From Candidatus Omnitrophota bacterium (lineage in GTDB: Bacteria; Omnitrophota; Gorgyraeia; JABMRN01; RBG-13-46-9), in contig JADHYN010000001.1 of assembly GCA_016782425.1 (NCBI GenBank), forward strand, positions 655 to 64,654: a stretch of 64,000 nt of DNA, written 5' to 3'. The notes beneath the pieces were generated by a model, which was given only the letters and a program-made list of their open reading frames with translations, was not told the origin of the DNA and searched no databases. Below, piece by piece: positions 55,228-63,709 of this stretch (positions within the stretch are counted from its first letter, which is position 1; the number at the start of each line of letters is the position of its first letter). Position numbers and translations under genes: made by a program.

Positions 55228-55941
55228 CTAGACTTTTATTTCTGCCCCTGCTTTAATTGGTAGAAAATCTTTTTTATACTTAAGTTTAAAAATTTCTTCC
55301 GCTCTTGGGCCCGAACAATGAGTGGCTCCGACTTTTTTTACCCCTATTTTCTTGAACTCATCGGCAATAATTTCAATGAGCATTTTGTCCTTGTCCATAA
55401 GATGAAAACCGCCTAGAACTGCGTAAATATCTTCTTTTGGGAAATTTTTCTTTACAGTATTTAACATTTTAATTATGCCGGGGTGAGCGCAACCGGTAAT
55501 AACAGATATACCCTTGTTGGTCTTAACAACCAACGCTTGTTCAGGCATATATTCACCTTTATATTCACCGGTAATTTCACCTGTAACAAAAATGTTTTTT
55601 GAAGTTTCGGTAATATTCTTCGTTCCTTTAAGGTTTCCGTTTAGCTTTTTGGCTTTATCCTTGAATTCGGCGCTGAAATTAGGGCATGCGTAAATCGTAA
55701 GGCCTTTTTTCCTCTTCAACAACTCCCACAGGCCACCCTGGTGATCCCAGTGGTCATGCGAAATTACCACAGCTTTTATCTTGTCGATATTTACATTTAA
55801 AATTTTCATGTTTTCTGTAAGCCAGGCGCCGTTTTCTCCCGTATCGAAAAGCACCTTCTCCTCGACCAAAAAAGAGACCCCCCAACCGGTACGCAGAGTT
55901 TTATTTTTTGCTTCCTTGTCAAAAAGCACTTCTATTCGCAT
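55228..55941 (-). CDS. MBL-fold metallo-hydrolase
   Basis: VVISHDHWDHQGG is the HxHxDH motif. A downstream GCAHPG His ligand is present. Confidence 0.75.
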   Translation of the reverse strand: MRIEVLFDKEAKNKTLRTGWGVSFLVEEKVLFDTGENGAWLTENMKILNVNIDKIKAVVISHDHWDHQGGLWELLKRKKGLTIYACPNFSAEFKDKAKKLNGNLKGTKNITETSKNIFVTGEITGEYKGEYMPEQALVVKTNKGISVITGCAHPGIIKMLNTVKKNFPKEDIYAVLGGFHLMDKDKMLIEIIADEFKKIGVKKVGATHCSGPRAEEIFKLKYKKDFLPIKAGAEIKV

Positions 55942-55945
55942 AATT

Positions 55946-56827
55946 TTATGGCCTTTTGCATAATATTATATCGCCAAGTTCGCATTTTACTTCACGAGCA
56001 ACTACCGGACACTTTGCCATGAAAAGAAAAAATATGTTCTTCTTTCTTCCGGAAAGGGCCTCGAAATTCCCCTGTCCCTTACTTATAACCATATCTGCAT
56101 TTTTATATATCTTCAGGAATTTAGCGGAACAAAGCGAAAGAACCGTTCCGGGGACGTCAAGGCCGCTTGAAATTACTTCTGTTACTTTGTCTAAACCGCA
56201 GTATACGGCATCGGCCATTATGGCGTCATTAATGATAGGTTTTTCTTTAATCGCGTAAAAAATTTTCTTGTGCGGGTATATTCTAAGTATTTCCTCTATA
56301 AGGATCCTGTCGAAAACTATCTCACCAGCGTTATCGCCCAAGTATAAAATCTTACCGGATTTTGCAAGAGCCAGCTTAAAAGCAGCGTAATTAAAAAGGC
56401 GGTTCGACTCATTTTTAATCGCCCTATTTTCCAGATTAAGTATTTTTTTTAGTTCACTCGTAACATCAAGGAAATTTTTTACCCCGTAGTCAATTATGTT
56501 ACCCGCTATAGCAAGTTCCACCGCGGTAAATAACGCGTCTTTCGAACGCCTTACTTTGTTCTTGAGCTTCCCATAAAGTGAAAGTGCCTGGCGATTGCTT
56601 TTTTCTTTTATTTTTTTATATGGGTCTTTCTTGCCGGTTTCCCTGTTTACAGTGCCATAAATTATTCTGCCCATTTCGGGAGGCGATTTTTGGAGGGTAA
56701 GCTTTTCTATCGCGCCTGCTATTTTCTTTAAAATTCTGCGCTGCGTAAGTGAGCCCGCTCCGGCGAGCCGCGCGGCCTCAAGCGCCTGTTTAAAAAAACA
56801 TGGTATACATTCTAAATATGTCTTCAT
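55946..56827 (-). CDS. DUF89 family protein (ARMT1-like damage-control phosphatase fold)
   Basis: The N-terminal LECIPCFFKQALEA (CxPC motif) and the DNAGE metal-binding motif (YLGDNAGEIVFD) are diagnostic of DUF89. Confidence 0.7.
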   Translation of the reverse strand: MKTYLECIPCFFKQALEAARLAGAGSLTQRRILKKIAGAIEKLTLQKSPPEMGRIIYGTVNRETGKKDPYKKIKEKSNRQALSLYGKLKNKVRRSKDALFTAVELAIAGNIIDYGVKNFLDVTSELKKILNLENRAIKNESNRLFNYAAFKLALAKSGKILYLGDNAGEIVFDRILIEEILRIYPHKKIFYAIKEKPIINDAIMADAVYCGLDKVTEVISSGLDVPGTVLSLCSAKFLKIYKNADMVISKGQGNFEALSGRKKNIFFLFMAKCPVVAREVKCELGDIILCKRP

Positions 56828-56833
56828 TTACCA

Positions 56834-57610
56834 TCAAACCTTGCCTCTTCTTTTCAAGGTGTCTTCCGAGCTGATAGGATTAACTCTCTTTTTTTGTGCG
56901 TCATAAACCGAAACGGTATTCAATCCGGCAAAATGCGCTTTTATAATATTCATTTCCGGATTCGTTAACGGTTTTACCCTGCATGGCCTAAGAGGCGTGT
57001 TTAGCTGAACTTCATCGGGACTAATTTCTTTTGCAATCTTCGCAATCTCCTGCACATAGCTTTTATTTTGTTCTATGAACATAATCTGCAACGCCAATTT
57101 TCCTATATAGCAGCTTTTAAAGTCTTTTACTGCCTGAATAATATTTTCAATTTTTATAGTGCTTAACGGCTTATTTACTTGGTTAAAAACTTTTTGCATA
57201 GAACTATCTAATTTGGCAACGACAAAATCCGCACAAAAGAGGTCTTTTTGGACATCTTCTCGGTTCAAAAGCGAGGAATTAGTCAAAACTGCTATTTTCT
57301 CATTTCGTATTTTCTTTATCGCCCTTATCATATCGCCCAGGTTTTTCGCCAATGTCGGCTCACCGGTTCCGGAAAAAGTTATGTAATCGATTTTGAGATG
57401 TGGCAGGCTATCAAACTCTTCTATTACATCCTCAACCTTAACAAACGTCTTCCGTTTATCGGTTAATATCTTAGTCTTTCCGATCTGGCAATATACACAA
57501 TCGAATGTGCAAACCTTCTCACCCTTAGACAAAGGATCTATCCCCAGAGAACTGCCTAACCTCCAGGACGGTACAGGCCCATAAATATATTTATAGTTTT
57601 TTTGGCTCAT
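56834..57610 (-). CDS. radical SAM protein ([16 protein letters not shown]-terminal motif class)
   Basis: CTFDCVYCQ is the CxxxCxxC motif, and [10 protein letters not shown] is the SAM-binding GGEP-like motif. I place the start at the ATG at 57610. Confidence 0.75.
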   Translation of the reverse strand: MSQKNYKYIYGPVPSWRLGSSLGIDPLSKGEKVCTFDCVYCQIGKTKILTDKRKTFVKVEDVIEEFDSLPHLKIDYITFSGTGEPTLAKNLGDMIRAIKKIRNEKIAVLTNSSLLNREDVQKDLFCADFVVAKLDSSMQKVFNQVNKPLSTIKIENIIQAVKDFKSCYIGKLALQIMFIEQNKSYVQEIAKIAKEISPDEVQLNTPLRPCRVKPLTNPEMNIIKAHFAGLNTVSVYDAQKKRVNPISSEDTLKRRGKV

Positions 57611-58430
57611 CCAAAACACTCGCAATCTTCACCATAATTTCATTCATGATGTTCGCTGTTTGTGTCTGTCTTTTAAAATGAATAAATGGTTGCCCCGAAT
57701 CTCCAAACTTTACCATTTCAGGTTCAATAGGTATTCTTCCTAAGAACGGCACTTTTAAATCATGAGCCGATTTCTCGCCACCACCCATTCCGAATAAATC
57801 TATCTCTTTTTTGCAGTGCGGGCACAAGAAACCGCTCATATTCTCAATTATACCAATAACAGGCATTTTCAACTCTTTCGCGAATAAAACACTCTTTCTT
57901 GAATCCAAAATAGCCACATCCTGCGGCGTAGTGACCACTATCGCTCCATTTATGTCCGGAATAAGCTGGCATACGCTCAATGGTTCATCACCGGTTCCAG
58001 GAGGAGAATCCACTATTAAGTAATCAAGCTCCCCCCAGTTAACATCAGCCAAAAACTGTTTTATGGTTACCATTTTGAGGGGGCCGCGCCAAACAATAGG
58101 CTGATCTTGATTCTCAAATAACAAAGCAAGACTTACTGCTTTTAGGTTAGGCAAAACTTCCATGGGCTCAATTCCGGACTCAGAACCTATGAGCCTTTTG
58201 CCTTCAATCCCTAACATTTTGGCAATATTGGGCCCGTGAATATCGACATCCAGAATGCCCACCTTATTTCCTTTGACAGCCAGCCCATACGCTAAATTAA
58301 CGGCAACTGTGCTCTTGCCGACTCCGCCTTTTCCGCTTATTACAATAAGCTTATATTTTATTTTAAACATCCTCTCTTTGAGGCGGTTCTCTTGTTCGAT
58401 TCTTTCTTCGTCTTTTTTCTGCATCAGCAA
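57591..58430 (-). CDS. Mrp/NBP35/ApbC-family Fe-S cluster carrier ATPase
   Basis: The deviant Walker A is [11 protein letters not shown]. The [13 protein letters not shown]-terminal CxxC motif is typical of ApbC/Nbp35. Confidence 0.85.
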   Translation of the reverse strand: MLMQKKDEERIEQENRLKERMFKIKYKLIVISGKGGVGKSTVAVNLAYGLAVKGNKVGILDVDIHGPNIAKMLGIEGKRLIGSESGIEPMEVLPNLKAVSLALLFENQDQPIVWRGPLKMVTIKQFLADVNWGELDYLIVDSPPGTGDEPLSVCQLIPDINGAIVVTTPQDVAILDSRKSVLFAKELKMPVIGIIENMSGFLCPHCKKEIDLFGMGGGEKSAHDLKVPFLGRIPIEPEMVKFGDSGQPFIHFKRQTQTANIMNEIMVKIASVLDEPKKL

Positions 58431-58448
58431 TCTTCTTATTAATTTTAT

Positions 58449-59363
58449 CTAGGGCTTATCAATTCCTGTTTGTAACTTTTCCCATGCCTCGTTTATTTCC
58501 TTTTTGGCCTTTCCGCCAGCGTATTCTGTTATTGTCTTCCCTTTAACCATCGCCTCTACCACAGATTTATCGAAAGGGATTTTGCCTACTAAACCGATAT
58601 TATTTACCTTTGAGTATTCCTCTATTTTTTGCGTCATATCCGTATTAAGGTCGTACTTATTTACGATTAATTTCGCTAAAATACCAAAATGTTTGGCTAC
58701 ACTTATAACCCTATCCGCATCATGAAGCCCTGAAAGCGTCGGCTCTGTAACAACAATAGCACAGTCTATGCCTGAAAGAGACGCTATGACAGGACACCCT
58801 ATCCCGGGCGCGCCGTCTATGATTACGAGATCCGCTTTTTTTGCTTCGGCCAGTTCCTTTGCCTTTTGCCTAACAAGGCTTACAAGCTTCCCGGAATTTT
58901 CCTCCGCTATGCCGAGCTTGGCATGTACCATAGGGCCAAAACGTGTATTAGAGATAAACCATTCGCCTGAAATATTTTCTTCCATTTTTATGGCGCCTAC
59001 GGGACAAGCAAAACTGCAAAAAGCGCATCCTTCGCAGGAAACTCGGTCTACGGTAAAATCCTCGCTTACCTCGTTAGAAATGTCATTTCTAACGGGGCTA
59101 ATAGCATTGAAACGGCAAATTTCTATACATTTGCCGCATTGAACACATTTATTTTTATCTATGAAAGCCGTTTTACCGCTTCGAAATTCATATCGTTCTT
59201 TTATGTTAGGCTGCAACAATAAATGTAGGTCCGCCGCGTCCACATCGCAATCAGCCATTACTTTGTTTTTCGCAAGGGCGGCAAACGCTCCCGTAATTAC
59301 GGTTTTCCCTGTTCCGCCTTTTCCGCTTATTATTACGATTTGCTTCACTATAACCTTTCTCAC
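58449..59363 (-). CDS. MinD/ParA-superfamily P-loop ATPase with inserted 2x[4Fe-4S] ferredoxin domain
   Basis: The Walker A is ISGKGGTGKT. The inserted ferredoxin motifs are CVQCGKCIEIC and CEGCAFCSFACP. Confidence 0.8.
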   Translation of the reverse strand: MRKVIVKQIVIISGKGGTGKTVITGAFAALAKNKVMADCDVDAADLHLLLQPNIKERYEFRSGKTAFIDKNKCVQCGKCIEICRFNAISPVRNDISNEVSEDFTVDRVSCEGCAFCSFACPVGAIKMEENISGEWFISNTRFGPMVHAKLGIAEENSGKLVSLVRQKAKELAEAKKADLVIIDGAPGIGCPVIASLSGIDCAIVVTEPTLSGLHDADRVISVAKHFGILAKLIVNKYDLNTDMTQKIEEYSKVNNIGLVGKIPFDKSVVEAMVKGKTITEYAGGKAKKEINEAWEKLQTGIDKP

Positions 59364-60712
59364 ATTTTGTCTGACGCGTTTTGAGCCGCCAGCACAACCG
59401 GATACATTGTCGGAGCAGACGTCAAATATGGATGGGTTGCCATTTGCAATGTCTCCAGTTCCGTTACAGAAACTCTCTGCTGAATTGCCATGCCGATAAT
59501 GTTAATTATCTCTCCGGCGGATATACCTCCGACAACCTGGCCGCCCATTAAAATACCGGATTGTCTGGAAAAAATAAGCTTTACTCTCACTTTATTCGCT
59601 CCGGGAAGGCTTCCGGGATGCTTATCTATACTTTCCGTATTTCCCGAAACAATCTCAAACCCTTCTTTTTTAGCGCTTGTTTCCGTAAGTCCCGCAGAAC
59701 CTAAAACCAGGCCATCCACATAAGTCGAGTAAATCGCGATCGTTCCTTTGTTTTCACGCACAACTTTTAGCCGATAGAGGTTGGCTCCGGCAATTCTCGC
59801 TTCAGCTGTAGCGGTAGAAGCGAGCATAACAGGCGTATCTCTTCTTGTATAAAAATCTCGTTTCCCGGCGCAATCACCTACCGCGAAAATATCAGGATCA
59901 GCGGTACGCATGTATTCATCTACCCATATACCCTTGCCTCTCCCTAAATCCAAGCCTGCCTCAGTTGCCAAAGTTGTGTTAGGAACGGATCCTATTCCTA
60001 AAATAACACTGTCTATTCTTAACTCTTTCCCGTTGTCAAACCGCACACCTTTTATCTTATCATCCCCCAAAAATTCAACCACCTTAGTGCTGGTTAAAAG
60101 GGTAACGCCCCCTGACTTTAGCCTTTCTTCAACCAACAAAGAAAACTCATCATCAAAAGAATTCGCGAGCAAACGGGGAAGAACTTCGGCTAAATATACA
60201 TTAATGTCATTTATTTTTGAGATCTCATCAGCAAACTCAACGCCTATAAATCCGCCGCCAAGAATCAATACATTTTTCGCTTTTTTAAGTTTAGTTATAA
60301 TTGCTTTAAGATAATTCATGTCCTTATATACGGGGTAGATTCCTTCTTTCTCAATCCCGGCTATAGAAGGCTTAATTGGCATAGATCCCGGGGCAAGGAC
60401 AAGTTTCTCATATTCATATTCTTCACCGCTTTTAGCAGTTATTTTTTTTGCGCTACGATCCATCTTTACCGCTTCGTCAATAATAACTTCTATGTTATTC
60501 TTTTTAAGAGCGTCAAGTCCCAGCTTATTGTCATCAGGATTTTTAAGACTCCAGAACATATAGGGAATCCCGCACGGAATACAACCGTTAACTACATTTT
60601 TCATAACCACAACGTCTTTATCCGGATAATACCTTTTTGCCGTAATCGCGCTTACGAGCCCGGCCGGTCCTCCTCCGATAATAAGAACACCCACTTTTTT
60701 AACCATAAACAC
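59360..60712 (-). CDS. FAD-dependent pyridine nucleotide-disulfide oxidoreductase (CoA-disulfide reductase/NADH oxidase-like)
   Basis: The N-terminal FAD site is VLIIGGGPAGLVSA. A Cys pair sits in NGCIPCGIPY, and the second Rossmann motif is VLILGGGFIGVEFA. Confidence 0.75.
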   Translation of the reverse strand: MFMVKKVGVLIIGGGPAGLVSAITAKRYYPDKDVVVMKNVVNGCIPCGIPYMFWSLKNPDDNKLGLDALKKNNIEVIIDEAVKMDRSAKKITAKSGEEYEYEKLVLAPGSMPIKPSIAGIEKEGIYPVYKDMNYLKAIITKLKKAKNVLILGGGFIGVEFADEISKINDINVYLAEVLPRLLANSFDDEFSLLVEERLKSGGVTLLTSTKVVEFLGDDKIKGVRFDNGKELRIDSVILGIGSVPNTTLATEAGLDLGRGKGIWVDEYMRTADPDIFAVGDCAGKRDFYTRRDTPVMLASTATAEARIAGANLYRLKVVRENKGTIAIYSTYVDGLVLGSAGLTETSAKKEGFEIVSGNTESIDKHPGSLPGANKVRVKLIFSRQSGILMGGQVVGGISAGEIINIIGMAIQQRVSVTELETLQMATHPYLTSAPTMYPVVLAAQNASDKM

Positions 60713-60719
60713 CTTTCTT

Positions 60720-61103
60720 TTATGAAGATTCCAGCATTACACAGAGTCCGTAAATCACATCAATATTATTATCACGGCAAAATTTTATTGCGGTTTCACT
60801 TTCGGCTCCCGGTTGAAGCCAGACTCTTTTAATGGATTTTTTCCGGCATTCCTTTACTATTGTTTCAGTAACAGAAGGCGGGGTAACCACATTAACGACA
60901 TCGATATTAAAAGGGATATCGCTTATGCTTTTATAGCATTTTATCCCATCGACATCGCTAAGACGGGGGTTAACAGGAAAGGCCTCATACCCTTTTTTTA
61001 TTAAAGTTTTCAAAATCTTATACGCGTATTTAGCTTCATTTCTAAACGAGCCAACAATCGCAAACCTCTTTTGTTTTAAAAAATCTTTAATTAGGCTTTC
61101 CAT
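60720..61103 (-). CDS. CoA-binding domain protein (YccU/YneT-like)
   Basis: FAIVGSFRNEAKYAYKILKTL...GYEAFPVNP matches the CoA_binding_2 fold signature. I place the start at the ATG at 61103. Confidence 0.65.
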   Translation of the reverse strand: MESLIKDFLKQKRFAIVGSFRNEAKYAYKILKTLIKKGYEAFPVNPRLSDVDGIKCYKSISDIPFNIDVVNVVTPPSVTETIVKECRKKSIKRVWLQPGAESETAIKFCRDNNIDVIYGLCVMLESS

Positions 61104-61944
61104 CTTTAATTTTGTTAAAAAGCTCTTCAAAATCTTTTTTGTATTCGGGAAACGTTTTCACAATCGACTCACCTTTAGAATAGGCAACTGCTATCTCTTT
61201 CTTAAAAGGTATACGCATGAGAATAGGAATATTCTGTTCCTTGCAATATTTGTCTGTTTTCTCATCGCCTAAATCAGAACGGTTAATCACGACTCCGAAC
61301 CGAATCTTGAGTTTCCTCAAGACTTCTACCGCAAGGGTTAAATCATTTAACCCAAAGGGCGTCGGCTCGGTAACAAGCACACAAAAATCGCTTTTCTTTA
61401 TAGTCTCAACTACGGGGCATGACGTTCCGGGAGGGGCATCGATAATAACAGTGCGTGTTGGATTGAGATGTTTTTTGATTTCCCTTATAACGGGAGGCGC
61501 CATTGCTTCGCCTATATTCAATCGCCCGTGTATAAATTGTATAGACTCAACCGTGCCAATTTCAATTTCACCGATTTCTTTATTCACTTCCTTTATGGCG
61601 CTTTCAGGACAAAAATAAGAACAACTTCCGCAGCCATGGCAAAGGTTCGAAAAAACTAGAATGTTTCCCTTTTTGCCATCAGTTCCTCCTATTACGGCAA
61701 TGACATTGTAAGCGCATACCTCACGGCACCTGCCGCAATAGGTACACTTTTCCTCATCTATTTCCGGAATGGGAATATAAACTTTTTTTGTTTCTTTTAT
61801 CTTGGGTTTTAAAAAAATGTGGGCGTTTGGTTCTTCCGCGTCGCAATCCAAAAACTGCACTTCCTTATTTATAGAAAGCGCTAAATTGACCGCTATCGTA
61901 GTCTTACCTGTTCCGCCTTTCCCGCTTGCAACTGAAATAACCAT
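61087..61944 (-). CDS. MinD/ParA-superfamily P-loop ATPase with inserted 2x[4Fe-4S] ferredoxin domain (second copy)
   Basis: The Walker A is ASGKGGTGKTT. The ferredoxin motifs are CTYCGRCREVC and CHGCGSCSYFCP. Confidence 0.8.
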   Translation of the reverse strand: MVISVASGKGGTGKTTIAVNLALSINKEVQFLDCDAEEPNAHIFLKPKIKETKKVYIPIPEIDEEKCTYCGRCREVCAYNVIAVIGGTDGKKGNILVFSNLCHGCGSCSYFCPESAIKEVNKEIGEIEIGTVESIQFIHGRLNIGEAMAPPVIREIKKHLNPTRTVIIDAPPGTSCPVVETIKKSDFCVLVTEPTPFGLNDLTLAVEVLRKLKIRFGVVINRSDLGDEKTDKYCKEQNIPILMRIPFKKEIAVAYSKGESIVKTFPEYKKDFEELFNKIKDGKPN

Positions 61945-61948
61945 AATT

Positions 61949-62674
61949 TTATATAATCGGTTTATACGCTATAAACATTTCCTGAAATTTACTATTATAT
62001 TTTTCTGTTTTAAAGCCCTTTTCACATAAATATCTATGTATATCTTGCAGATTAAATTTAGCTGTTCTGTGACTCCTGCCCTCTTGGGCATGGATCTTAT
62101 TGAGTACCTCAAATCCATCCTTAGTGAAATCGCTTAGAACAATCTTTCCTTCAAAAGTAAGAACCCTTATAAACTCATCCATTACCTTAAAAGGGTTCTC
62201 GAAATGATGAACTGTATTTATTGATAAAATAATATCGAAGCTTTTATCATCAAAGCTTAAATGCTCGGCATTTTCAATCTTAAAATCAACGGTCTTTTCT
62301 AATCCGGCATATTTTAGATTTAGTTTTGCGATATTCTGTTCTTCTCTAGAGATGTCAACACTTGTAAACTGATATCCTTCTTTGGCAAGAATCAACGTAA
62401 AATGGCCTTTACCGGTCCCAACTTCAAGGATATCATCGAATAACGGCTCGGCCTTATCAAGAACGAATTCTCGTTCTTTGTCTATGTCGAATCCGTGACT
62501 TTGGTACAGCTTCTTACGCTCTAAATAACGTTTGTGGTTTTCTAAAACTTTTCTTTCCAAAATTAATCTTTCTAAGCCTTCGTCATTTTCGTCCCGCATT
62601 TCGGGCAATTTACCGAATAACAAGGCGCTCCCTGCTGATGCTGTAGTCTCTCGCCACAATTCGTACAAACACAA
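61949..62674 (-). CDS. class I SAM-dependent methyltransferase
   Basis: ILEVGTGKGHFTLIL is motif I. The N-terminus of the ORF-track model overlaps the small gene 62572..62805, so the true start is probably an internal ATG, for example 62599. Confidence 0.65.
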   Translation of the reverse strand: MCLYELWRETTASAGSALLFGKLPEMRDENDEGLERLILERKVLENHKRYLERKKLYQSHGFDIDKEREFVLDKAEPLFDDILEVGTGKGHFTLILAKEGYQFTSVDISREEQNIAKLNLKYAGLEKTVDFKIENAEHLSFDDKSFDIILSINTVHHFENPFKVMDEFIRVLTFEGKIVLSDFTKDGFEVLNKIHAQEGRSHRTAKFNLQDIHRYLCEKGFKTEKYNSKFQEMFIAYKPII

Positions 62675-62805
62675 TATCCGCCGGGTCCTGATCCCGGACG
62701 GTTTCCGCCCATGCGGCCTCTGCCGCCACCTCTACCCATGCCTCTACCTGTTCCCGGTCCTCCTCCTAAAGGTCCTGTTCCGTCTCCACCTGGCATTTTA
62801 CTCAC
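62572..62805 (-). CDS. DUF5320-like Gly/Arg-rich small protein, Cys-containing variant (CVCTNC ... CPKCG)
   Basis: MSKMPGGDGTGPLGGGPGTGRGMGRGGGRGRMGG... is followed by CVCTNCGER...CPKCGTKM. It is a paralogue of 54979..55212. Confidence 0.5.
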   Translation of the reverse strand: MSKMPGGDGTGPLGGGPGTGRGMGRGGGRGRMGGNRPGSGPGGYCVCTNCGERLQHQQGAPCYSVNCPKCGTKMTKA

Positions 62806-62820
62806 CTCCTATTTTGTTTC

Positions 62821-63195
62821 CTATTTTCTTGGCGGCATGCCAAATTTTGAATTCACGCTCGGCCCGCCTGTAGATTTAAGCCCACCTTTTTTGTATTTTT
62901 CAACAGCTTCTTTAACCGTACCGGAAACTCCGGTAATTACCTCTACACCGGCCGCTTGTAAAGTCTGAAACGCGTTAGGCCCGACATTTCCCGTAAGCAC
63001 GGTTTTCGCTTTTTTATCAGCAATAAGCTGCCCGGACTGGACTCCGGCTCCACCCATTGAGTCAATATTAGGATTTTTTACCACCTCGAGTTTCATAGTG
63101 TCGGTATCTACGACAATAAAATATTGACATCTACCAAAACGCGGATCAACTTTAGAATCCAGATTGTCACCTTCCGAAGTAATGCAAATTTTCAT
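62821..63195 (-). CDS. NifX/NifB-like dinitrogenase FeMo-cofactor biosynthesis domain protein
   Basis: [30 protein letters not shown]... matches the conserved start of the Nitro_FeMo-Co domain, with a glycine-rich tail. Confidence 0.8.
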   Translation of the reverse strand: MKICITSEGDNLDSKVDPRFGRCQYFIVVDTDTMKLEVVKNPNIDSMGGAGVQSGQLIADKKAKTVLTGNVGPNAFQTLQAAGVEVITGVSGTVKEAVEKYKKGGLKSTGGPSVNSKFGMPPRK

Positions 63196-63210
63196 ATCCT
63201 CCCCTTTCTT

Positions 63211-63615
63211 TTAATCATCGCAATCCTTTTCATTAGGATGGTCACACTCGGACTTCTCTATGCCATAGCCTTTTCCTGCGCCGGGCTTGCAAAGGCTTTC
63301 CCCACCCTCAAGTGTTCCTTTCAGAATTTTTTTTAAAACTTCGTCGATTTTTCCGCTTATGCCGACAATCGCTTTAATGTTAAGCTCTTCAAAAAATTGA
63401 GTTGCCCGCATTCCCATCCCCCCGGCTATTATAACATTTACTCCCTTTTCGTGCAAAAATTGGGGTATTGCACCCGGCTGATGGCCCGGATTTGGTACAA
63501 CCTCTTTTTTTATCAGCTTATTTTCACTAATATCTAAAATGGTGAACTCCGGACATCGCCCGAAGTGGGCAGATACATTGTCCCCGTCAGTTGATATAGC
63601 TATTTTCATAAGCAC
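63211..63615 (-). CDS. NifX/NifB-like dinitrogenase FeMo-cofactor biosynthesis domain protein with Cys/His-rich C-terminus
   Basis: KIAISTDGDNVSAHFGRCPEFTILD is the family signature. The C-terminus is ...GESLCKPGAGKGYGIEKSECDHPNEKDCDD. Confidence 0.8.
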   Translation of the reverse strand: MLMKIAISTDGDNVSAHFGRCPEFTILDISENKLIKKEVVPNPGHQPGAIPQFLHEKGVNVIIAGGMGMRATQFFEELNIKAIVGISGKIDEVLKKILKGTLEGGESLCKPGAGKGYGIEKSECDHPNEKDCDD

Positions 63616-63633
63616 TCCTAATATTACGTTCAG

Positions 63634-63700
63634 AAGTCAGAAATCAGAGGTCAGAGGTCAGATTTTTAGACTCGTCTGACTTCTGTATTCTGACTTCTGT
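63634..63700. repeat. compound direct/inverted short repeats (TCAGA x5; TCTGACTTCTGTAT x2; arms mutually complementary)
   Basis: gttcagaagtcagaaatcagaggtcagaggtcagatttttagactcgtctgacttctgtattctgacttctgtattctgaac forms an extended imperfect hairpin between two minus-strand genes. Confidence 0.4.
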
Positions 63701-63709
63701 ATTCTGAAC

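Noticed and set aside
63634-63700. Possible CRISPR array (short repeats TCAGA / TCTGACTTCTGTAT)
   Set aside because: The repeats are only 5-14 nt and contiguous, with no spacers. The arms are mutually complementary (a hairpin). There are no cas genes.
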